A stretch of 64,000 nucleotides of DNA, taken from Octopus sinensis. Its lineage: Eukaryota. Below the pieces are notes generated by a model, which was given only the letters and a program-made list of their open reading frames with translations, had not been told where the DNA came from and ran no database searches. The translations under genes and the position numbers were made by a program. This document shows, one piece after another, positions 37,401 through 48,883 of this stretch; the first letter of the stretch is position 1; each line of letters starts with the position of its first letter. The stretch lies in contig NC_043002.1 of NCBI RefSeq assembly GCF_006345805.1, forward strand, positions 3,410,001 to 3,474,000. Direction: 5' to 3'.

Positions 37401-40400
37401 GCTATTGAAAAACATTTCCTTGTTGATGTTGTCTTTGACTATCTCTGATCAGTGTCAATTAAAAACTGTTAATTAATATTAGCAAAAACGATGATAGAAA
37501 AGATGAAGTGGTTGGTCAATAAGAGTTTATCTTTGAAACCTTAACCTTTTTCAATTGAAGTCTGTGTATGTTTGTATGTATGTATATATCTGTATATAAA
37601 TAAAATGTGAATACTTGTGGTGCGTCTGTTGAGCTAACATTCACACTCTTTATTCTCTAATTACCATGCAGGAATGACTGCAGACGGTGAGTAAATGACT
37701 CCTGCATGACACCTTTACCATTATTGCTTTTTTTACCATTTCTATTGCCCCTGATATTTTTATTCTTGCTACTTGTTGTTGTTGTGTGTTTTGTTTAACC
37801 CTGCTCCTGTCATCTGTTTCGATTCCATTGTTGCTTATTATTAAAAGTCATTGTTAACACAATGCTTAACCGTTTCGTTATGTATTAAAGCAATTAGCCA
37901 CAGGATCAGGGTTGACATATTAAGTCACTGTTCAAATCTGATATTGTAAAATATTTAAATATTTTATTGTTGCATGTTAATGTTGTCATTGTAATTCTGT
38001 TTTATTTATTCAATTTTATTTTATTTACCATTTTATTGCTTGTTTTATTTATATAGCCAGAATCACAAACATTGCTCTTCTTTTAACTTCTTTTTTTTTT
38101 TCAATATATTTTTTTTAACATTCAAAATAAGTCTTTAATATATTTTTTCATGACTTTCTCACAGTAGTTTTCCTGCTTTTTGTGAAGAAGCAGACCTGGT
38201 TCCATTTCCCACTATAGACTTTTTGGCAAATAGAACAATGCACTTGATACGTCACTATAAAATACATAAGGACTATGTGGCTCATTGCTTGGTTTGTTGG
38301 GTTTTTTGAAAATTAAAATAATCTTGGACAAATTTGTTTTTGAGATTTCCCATACTCCATCTTTTTGGAAGTTTTCCTGGTCTGTTATTTTACCCATTGG
38401 GGTGACAGCACTAAGCAGTGATGTGTTTAAATACAAACGATAGTAAATTATAATGGTGTACTTCAATTTGACCTGCTGTATACCTCAAGGGTGCCCACAG
38501 GAATTTCCAATGATATAATTCAGTTTCTTTAAATAAGAAAGGCTAAATAAATCCTGATTCTTTTATCAATCAGATTCCTATTTATGTCTTTTACTATTTA
38601 CAATTCTTCATAATTATGAACTCTTTGTTATATTTTCATTACACTAAAAATCATTGATAAAGTAATTTGATGCAAAATAATTATTGAGTGACTAATTAAC
38701 TTGTTAATCACTCTGCTAGTGTGATGCCTGTTATATGAATTAAGCATATTTGCCCTATTATGCTATGTAAGATGAAAACCATTCCATATTATTTGAGCAG
38801 TTCTATTCAGAATAACATTTAAAAGTCAACCATTGTTATGTGTACTTGGAAATACTTCCATTTTGGAGTACATTAAGTGTTCAGAATGGCTTATCAGTGA
38901 GTAGAATAACATTTTTTAAAAACTCCTCCAAACTAAACCTTACTTTCATAAGGTTTCACTTCATAATCTCCCTTCATTTTTATTAGGGATACCAAAGGAT
39001 TCTTATATTGACATCACTTGAGTTCAGGTCTTCATTGCTATCAAATATTGTTACTTTATTATTATTATTATATTATTATTATTATTGAATGATATCTTAA
39101 TAGTTTTTGTAAAATAGTGTTTAGTCTTTTGTTAATAATATCCATTTCAAAAATTGGATTACCAACATTGCACAATGGAATCATAGCTATTTACATTGTA
39201 TGCACACACACACACGTATATGGTAGTATAGTCGTTGATAGTAGTATATGCTATGTAGTAAACACTCTTCAACTGTATTCTGCTACCAGTCTTTGACATA
39301 AAATGTAATTCCTTGTCTGACCAAAGAAGAGATTCTTCCAACTCTACAAGAACCTAGCTTTCAGTTCTGTGCTATTTATTCAGTGTGTGTGTGTGTGTGT
39401 GTGTGTGGAGAAAGATGATTGATCGAGTCTTTGATGTGACTTAGACATATCGATTCCATAAACTACATATTGATGTCTCCTGATAACATTAAATGGATGA
39501 GAAGCAAATGTCAGTGGCCAGCTCGAAACAGTCTTATATTTCCAGCCAAGCTGAGTTCCGACCACAACACAACAAAGTTAAACAACAGAAACTTGCAATC
39601 AATTTGCCAAGCAATGCAGTAATTTAAGTGCCAGCATCTGATTCCTTCAGCAATTCACCTTTGTTACCAAGATGGCCATCACTTCTATCTGGGAAAGAAT
39701 TTTGCTGCTTTTGATGATGACTGTTCATTTGTGTCTTGATTGAATTTCTGTCTAATTGGCTATTTCAGACATGTGCACCTTGAATGTAATTCCGAGACAA
39801 AATCAGCATGACACAGTATGTTATCGGTCTCCCCTTTGAATTACATGTCTAATCCACCCAGCAGGCTTCAGTACACTTTCCCAAATTCATTCACAAGATT
39901 TGGGCTGAGCTGGGGCTCTAGAAAATGACATTTGACTAAGATGCCAAATACTGGGATTGAACTGCTGACTTTGTAGTTTGTAAGCCATGCTGCATCTACA
40001 CTTACTTACATACATGATAGGTAGCTGCATTCCTATCACACACACACACACGATAGGCAGGTGTAAAAGAAAGAGCATAAAACGGTTGATGTTTTGCCAG
40101 TCTCAGTGTTCGTTATGCATGAATGTTGTCGATGTTCGCACTTGGTGCCGTTTAATGACATTCTTGTGTTATTCTTCAGATATGTGTGTTTTGTTTTAAT
40201 TCTTTGTTTTTATTTTTGTCAATGATTCTCTTTGATGTCTTGGCATGAGTTAGCATTATTATTATTATTTTCAGTCTTGAAATTATCTGAGAAAAGGTGA
40301 TTCCCTAATTAATTGTATCCAAATTGGTTTTGGGAATAATGTCAAGTTGTCTTTATATCAGACACATTAAAAGTATTCCATTAAAAAGTTTCTGAAGATT

Positions 40401-43400
40401 TTGTTGTATTTAGGAGGAGACAAAGTACTGACCAGATTATAACCACACACACACACACATATATATAATATAGTTATGGTATATTCTATTAAGAATGTAG
40501 TAGAGTTCAATATAAAGCTTGTCCACCTTCAGATTTCACTCTGTGCTGTCCAGTTGTAGTATTATATGGACATCCAGGTTTGTGTTTGGGCATCTGTCAT
40601 GTGTGAATAGGTAACTGCAAAAATTGGAGATATTTAAAAATTTTTTTACTCACTACAATTGTTTCCATGCAATGTAGTTCTCCAGGTATTTGATTATGCA
40701 ACTGTTTCCCTGCATTATGAGATCTGGTTGTGTAAATATTGTCTCCATAATTTTCAGTTATATTTTTAAAATTATATTGTATTTTTTGAAAACTACAATA
40801 CTGAATATTTAGTATGTTCAGTTTCTTTATGAATTCTGTTGAGGAATAATTAATTTGGTGGGAATATGATAATTAAAATTTCCTTTCGACAATCATGTTT
40901 CCAACTTTGCCCCAATCAATATATTGCAATTTACATTGCATCAGGTGTACAGTCACTGAATTAGTATAGATAAACGTCTAAATATACAGTTTTTCGTAAA
41001 CCCATATTTGACCAGATCTAAATCTGAATTAATACAGCCATTGTTGTTCTATCATTTGATTTGAATAAAATGAATCGGTGCTAATTTTAAAATAACCCAA
41101 AAATATTAAAGCCAAAGACGACAGGGAAAAGAAATTCCAACAAACCATAGCCATCTGCTAGTTCTTCTGTTTTTACTCATTCCTATTCACCTTGTGCTTT
41201 TTACGTGGCACCCTGGTACCTCATCACCACTATTTTATCTCTTTCCAACTAACCTCCTACCCTCTCTCTCTCTTCTATAGTGGGATTAGCCATGTAACTC
41301 CTTTACAGCCAGAGACCTTTTGTTCTGGCCCCTTCCCTCACACTTTACCCTCTTGTCTCCTAACATAGAGCTGCCTCCTCAATCTTGAAGGAAGTGTTAT
41401 TCTTGCAAGTTGCATGGTGACCGACTGCACTGGTGATGGTGCCATGTAAAAAGCACCCGGTACACTCTGTAGAGTGCTTGGCGTTAGGAAGAGCCTCCAG
41501 CTATAGAAACCATGCCAAAACAGACATCGGACCACCACTATGCAGTTCTTGGACCTGTTGCATCCATCCAACCCAGGCTAAATGGAAGTGGATGGATATT
41601 AAAAGATAAAAACAGATGACTCTTCAGACTGACTGGCGCTTCATCGGTTACGATGACAACAAGGGTTCCAGTTGATCCAATCAATGGAACAGCCTGCTTG
41701 TGAAATTCAGGTGCAAACAAGTGGATGGAACACCCGACAGACAGGCACACCCTTAGCATAGTTCTCGGGGAGAGTCAGCATGACACACAGAGTGTGACAA
41801 GGCTGCTGGTCTCTTTCAATTACAGCTACTACTTGGTTTTGCCAGCTGAGTGGACTGGAGCAATGTGAAATGTCTTGCTCAAGGACACATGTTACCTGGA
41901 ATTGAACTCAAAACCTTCCAACCATTAGCCAAATGCCCTAACCACTAAGCCATGCATTTTCAGATAAGTATTTACACACACACACAAAATATGTAATAGG
42001 CTTACATTTTACGTAAGTATGAAGTACTCACATGGAAGGCAGACGAGAGAGAGAGATCACTGCAGATGGAACAAACAATCTGTGTTGCAAGTAACCATTA
42101 ACTACAGTAATATTCTTTGTCTGCAGCTGAACCTCTTAAAGCTTTGGTTGTTTTTGAGTGGTGAGAAGAGGTTCTAATCTTCTTCTGATCTTTAAGCATT
42201 AGAATCCGTTATTAATCAATTTGATATTAGAAACCCCCACTCAAGAGAACTCATTAGTTTAACACTTGAGAGATTGTTTTAATTAGATGATTAGTAGTGG
42301 AATGGTAAGGCTCAGTCAAAAATCTCTTCAAAATTCCTTCAGACAATTCTTTTATTAATCTTTGTTTCTCGTAAGTAAACTTTGAACTTTCCAATTCCAT
42401 CCACTTTGTGGCTATTTCTCCACAGTATTTTCTTTTGTGGTAGACTTGTACCAAAACCAATGAATAAATTCTTGTGAGAAATCTTTGCACTTTGGTACCC
42501 TTTTCCCAAATTTATTCATAAGAAATGCTCTCAATGTCAAAGAACTGAACACGTTTTAAAATATGTGAAAATGTTCTCCAATTTTTTTTTTTTTTACAAA
42601 GTTTTATTGCATTCCACATTATTTGTTTGCATGCTTATGCATCCACATGTGAATCTACATGTGCATGTGATCCCACATGTGTATGTGTTCATATAGAAAC
42701 GCAAATACATTTAAATGTTATTCTCAAAACATAATTTTTCCTTTTCATTTTGCTTTCTATATTCGCACAACTGAAGTATGTATAATATATGTATTAATTT
42801 CTTTTATTTAATAATAGCGATAATAATAATACATTACTGAATTCTATATAATATATTGATATATTTCATTTAATACAATTACTGCTGCTAATAATAATAA
42901 TAATGATTTCTTTTGAGAAAGTTAACGTTATACCATTGTATGTTTATAGATATAAAGAATATCACAAATTCTCAGGAATAAAATTAATTTTTCTTCTCAT
43001 GGAAACCTTTTAACAGATCTAACGTAGTTTACAGATTGGACAAAAATAAAATTATTGCCAGCCAGCAAATATTATTTAATCTAAAAATTATTTTTTTTAT
43101 TTTCAATGTAATTTAATATTAATAAATTTAAATAATTATTATATTTTTTAAAAAAATCAATATTTTTTTCTATTTTTTTATAGAAATACGTAAAATTATT
43201 CTTGTTATAATTTAAAAGAAAAAGAAGTTTTTTCAGACTTTTCAATCCAGATGAAGCTGATTCTGTTGGTCCATTTTATACTATTTTTAATGAATGAAAA
43301 TTTATTTTCAGGTTTACCCAAAATAGACAATCGGCCTAAGGATGAAATTCTCCGGGAAAAGATGTTGCACATATTGGAATCTGCTTATCCCAACATTTTG

Positions 43401-46400
43401 GCAGTTGAAGATATCTGCCGGTGAGTTTATTCCAAATGTATATTTAGTTTGGTTTTCAACTGATGTCTTTTAGTTTAGCAAGGTTGAATATTTTCTTTAA
43501 AATGGAACTGATTTCATACAGTACAGTACCCAAATTCATAATTTAGTCTTCGTTAATTGTAGTTTGTTGCCTCATTAGCATAGGTTAATGAAAATTTCTT
43601 CATTTTCCTCTCTCTTCCACATTCATCATTCCAATCTATTTCGCCAAACTTTCTATGGATCTCAGATATTCTTTGGCACATCTTTGTAATGGAAACCGTT
43701 ACTTAGCACTTGTTACGTATCTAGGACTGTCCTACCTTGTTATGTACTAACGACTATCCCTTTCTCCACAAACTCTCAAGTTTGCATTTGATATTAATCA
43801 ATAACAAGTTCATTCTCAAATGAACCTTGTCTGTCTTGCTAATTTACTGATTATTCTAACCATTTTATGATCCAGGAATCAGCAACTCTATTTTAGCTTT
43901 TTCCACAGTTGAAGAATATTTGTCTCTGCTAGAATTCTTTTATTATTCAACTATATTTCACCCTGTGCTGGTGGCACATAAAAAGCACCATCTGAACGTG
44001 GCCGATCCCAATGCCACATTGACTGGTTTCTGCGCCGGTGGCATGTAAAAAGCACCAACCGATCGTGGCCGTTGCCAGCCTATCTGGCACCTGTGCCAGT
44101 GGCACGTAAAAAGCACCCACTACACTCACAGAGTAGCTGGCGTTAGGAAGGGCATCCAGCTGTAGAGACACTGCCAGATCAGATTGAAGCCTGATGCAGC
44201 CACTGTCTTCCCAGACCTCAGTCAAACTGTCCAACTCATGCCAGCATGGAAAACAGACGTTAAACGATGATGATGATATATTTCACCCATATGTCATACA
44301 GCACATACAATACATCTACACACAACTCCCTTATTGCTCCTTACTGTGTGTGTGCATACTGAGTATATATATTAATGCTGTTTAAAGATGTTTAATCTTT
44401 TTTCTGTTAGTGTTTTGCTTCTAAGACTGATTTGTTCCAAAGTCATTAACCTTTAATCTTCTATGAAGTTTATACAGTTAGTCATCTGTCAATAATTACT
44501 AACAGATGGCTAATTGATTGGATAATTTATGAAGTTTTTGTTGCCTCAAAGTGATTTGAATCTTCAAACGCCAAAAGTCTTAAAATCTTGCCATTTCATC
44601 TGCCAACCATCTCTGGTAACAGGCAGCAATTCTTCCAATAATCTCTTCAATGATGTCAAAATCCATTTGTCCAGTCACTAATTGTACGGAGGGGGGGGGG
44701 GCATCAGTAGAAATAATCACTGTAATGAATGATAATTATTACTGTCTTACTGCCATGGAATCAGCCGACCTTCATTATTCTGCCACCTCTCACTGCTACT
44801 TCTGTCTTTTATTGTTCACAGATGTTATTTATTCAGTGAAAACAAGTTTCAAGAGATTTTAATAACAGTTTTACTGTTTCGGGTTCAGTGTTTAACATGC
44901 ATTAATAGATATGATTATTTAGTTAAAGCTCATCTTCTCAGTTGGAAAATAAAGACTTGACCTCTTCAACACCATTCCGACAGTCTTTAGCAACTCTCTA
45001 CAGTGCCACACTCTATGTATGAGACATTTCTCTCAGTTCACCTTCCACCTTTCCAAGCCAGGTGTGCCTCCTGCCATCCCTCCTTTTACTCTCCAAGCTT
45101 TGATTTTTCCCAATCAGGGTCCATCTTAATGCCATCTTTGGTATCTTGTCTCAATGCTGCTGCTGCTGCTGGTTGTTTTTCTTTGAAGACTCACATTTAT
45201 AAAACCAGATGTTCTTTCAGATATATACTGCAACTGTTTTTCCATGGTGAGATTTTCACACTAACAGCATGAGTTGAATCTGTATTTATCTTGTTGTGTA
45301 CAAGTTGAAATCTTCGTAGATAGAGACGATGACGTTCTGTCTGTCGCTGGCTTACAATAGCGTCTTCATATTATGTTTGGCTTGGCTGTCGTCTGCCTTT
45401 CGAAATGAAACATAGTTGAGTAAGCTCTGTGTGGTCTCCGACCAAGACCTTAAAAGGTCTTAAGCCGAAAGACGTTGAATCGTGATATGATCAGCCTATT
45501 TAAAGAGTTAAGATGGCTCAAATGAAAAGTCCTATCCGAAAGCCGTGATTGGTCAGTTTACACACTGGCATGAAATAAGTAGAGAGACAGACCGCGCTTA
45601 GATGCTAACCAATCAGATCAGTGGACACAACAAGGTTAAACTAGCCAAAGATGTTTGTAATCTCAAACGAGATCTTTCCTAATGTTTTTCTTAAACAGTG
45701 AAAACAGCAATGAAGACAGCAAAAGATACCGATTCTTTGCTATATTTCTTGGAATGCCCTCTTATTTTATAAACCTTCATATGTGTGGGTGGAGGTATGC
45801 ATGTTTCATAGTGTTTCTGTGTATGTCAGGGGCTGTGGTTTCTGGTATGTTAATGTGTGTGTTTTTTAGCAAAGTAGGGAGGAAGACAGTATCACGAGAC
45901 CATCAAAGAAATGGTCATGTTCAGCATGCAGAAAGGAGTCCATAGAAATGCTCTAAGATGTACCCAATGAAAACAATGGGCACACAAGAGGGGTGATAGG
46001 ATCCCCTGCAAGCTAACAGAGATGGTAGAGTTCATATGCAGCTGGTGTACCAAGGCAATAAGCCTTAGAAGTGCTCAGGAAATAAATTTTCTTAAATTCC
46101 CAGATGACTCCCTAGAAATAATTGATAGGTTTTTGTTTTTCATCCAGGTGACCAAATTAGCAGTGAAGGTGATTTTCCGAAAGTGTGGTAACTAGAATAT
46201 AAGCTCTAGAAAGATTAGGGGTCTATTACCTCTACTGGCAGCAAAAAGCTTATTCTTCAAGGTCAAGGTCTGATTGTAAGATGTTTGTGTGTAAAGTAAT
46301 GTTGCACGATAGCAAGATGTGGGCCTTAGATGTGGAATACCAGATTGGCATCTGCGCTTGCATTCAAGTTTTCTCTCTTCATGATACATGTTTATTTAAG

Positions 46401-46887
46401 AGTAAGGCTACTAACAGGTTCAGTTTGGCACCAGTAATGTCAAAGGCACTACTATCAGAACAAAACAGCCAGAAGAGACACTGCAAGGCATCATTTTTCC
46501 CTCCCAAACTTCCATTGTTCCACAACCTTGGATTTGCACCATTTTTATTGACCCCTTAAAGGATGAAAGACAAAGTTAACTTTGGTTTCATTTGATCCCA
46601 GAATACCACAAGGTATTCTATATAAATGACTGAGCCGCTGTGTGGACTTGGTCAATTTGATGCCTTCGTACATGAATGTCAAGTTTAATAACCCAGGTTC
46701 ACTGGCCATCTTGGGCTGATATTTATTTGTGCTTCTATGGAAAAGGCGAAACAAAGGAAATGGAAACCAGGAGAATATGGACCCTGGAAATCTTCACAAC
46801 TGGAAATACAAATTCTTGAGCGGGGACTTAGTGTATGTTATGACATAAATAAGACTTTAGACAAACAGCATCATCTGCTCATTACGT

Positions 46888-46928
<41 letters not shown>

Positions 46929-48852
46929 TGTTAAAACAGTTTGTGATATCTGTTGTGCTGGTGCCACATAAAAAGGCATTGGTGAAAGTGCTACATAAAA
47001 ATCACCCAGTGCCACTCTGTAAAGTGGGTGGCATTAGGAAGGGCCCCTAGCTGTCATCATCATCATTGTTCGACTGTGGTCGAGACAATGGAATTTACCA
47101 TGCTACGCCAGACTTCACGGTCCATCACGGCATTACGGAGGTCCTGTTGCTGGATGCCTGTATTCCTGGAGATTACATCAGGGTAGGAGAGTGTGCGCCC
47201 TCTGGTATTGCGAGTAGATGGCTTCCAGAGGAGAAGAGTAGAAATTACCTCTTTTTCAGCTCTACAACAATGTCCAGCAAACTGGACTCTCTTACCTTTC
47301 ACAAGAGATGACACAGGTGGTAGTTTCCCATATATTTGCATTTTGGTTGGATGGCGCTTCCATGAGAGATTTTGAGCTCTCATAAGGAGGCGAGTGTAGG
47401 AACCAAGTCAAAACAGACTATGGAACCTGATGCAGCTCCTTTTGAGCTGTCCAACCCATGCCAGCATGGAAAACAGATGTTAAATGATGAAGGTGATGTG
47501 CAATTAAAAGTTGTGTGAACTCTAATGCCGAGGATGTTGACCTTCCATAGAAATATCAGCAACATAGATTAGTCAATAGTTTTAATGCATTTGTCATCTT
47601 AAACAAATGAAAATAAGTTTCTTGTCTGCCAGTATTTCACGGCTTAAATATCACAACCGATATCTCCTTGCTACATTGTGTGATCCACTTCAAGTCATGA
47701 CCCTTTTGGGGTTTAGAAGTTTAGATTTTCTACTTCAAAATTAGAGCTTGTCAAAAACGAAATGCTGAATAACCAACTTTATGTTGTGTAGTGACTTTCA
47801 TTACCTTCCTGGTTTATTATTTTATAGAATAGGAGCAAATCAGAAATGCTAGCATATTGACAAATATTAAATATCGGCCCTAAGTTTTTATTTTAAGTTC
47901 TACCATCAAATTTTGGGCCCAGGTGGAGGAAAAGTCCTTCTGGGCTCACTGTGTAATAAGTATGAGTTATATACCATAGCTTGGTTGGTTTCATTCCCCA
48001 CCACTCCCTAAAAATGTAATATTGTCTCTAACGAACTGTTGTTAATTTCTAGAATTACTGCTGCTGATGAAGTTATGGTCCGTGAACAGCTAAAAGAACT
48101 CCATACACGCAATTTGGTCACAGAAATGGAGCAGGGTGGATTCATGAGACACGTATTAGACGAGAAATCAGGTTACAATTTGATTTTTATATTTTACAAC
48201 TTTAAACAACAACTTTACAGGACTTCATTTTGGAATTAATTATCTTATTGAATTACTTGGAAAATACATTTTGGAAAACTTTATTAAAATGGTTTCCTTT
48301 CACAATTCTGTTGAAATAGCTGCAGCACAAATACACAAACACATCAAAATCAAATACCTGCTTAACCTTTAGCATTTAAATTGGATATTTCCAGCTTAAA
48401 TATTCCTCCTGTTTTTTGTTCAAACTGGCCAGATCCAGCCTCTTACACTTGGCCTACACTGTCCCTCTATTCTATCACATCATCAAAGTCCTCATACTGA
48501 GATAATACATGAATAATTCAAAAGTAATGTGAATGAATAAGCATTACATTTGACGGAGTAATCTGAATGCTAAAGCGTGAAACAAAATTTAGATAAGAAT
48601 TGCAAATAAAACAAGCAAAAGAAAACCCACAGAACATGGTAGGTCCATAATAAGAGATTAGTGACATAAATATTTGAACCCTTGCCCTCACCAACCTCAA
48701 CCAGTTGTACTGGCTAAAACAACCACCTCAAATATGCGGATTTATCGTCGTTAATAACACAAACACAATCTCCTAGAAACAGCCATAGAGATGCCAAATT
48801 TACATCTCAATGTGTGTTTATGTTCTACTTTAGGAATACATTGAAAGAAAAG

Positions 48853-48883
<31 letters not shown>

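Noticed and set aside
45290-45640. CpG-richer stretch with two CCAAT boxes and an aagacc-ttaaaa-ggtctt palindrome
   Set aside because: No TATA/Inr arrangement, LTR termini or ribozyme core found; most likely an unclassified repeat fragment
43312-48171. Winged helix as a Z-alpha (Z-DNA/RNA-binding) domain
   Set aside because: Lacks the Asn/Tyr in helix 3 and the Pro-Pro-x-Trp wing that define Z-alpha; only a generic wHTH pattern is supportable
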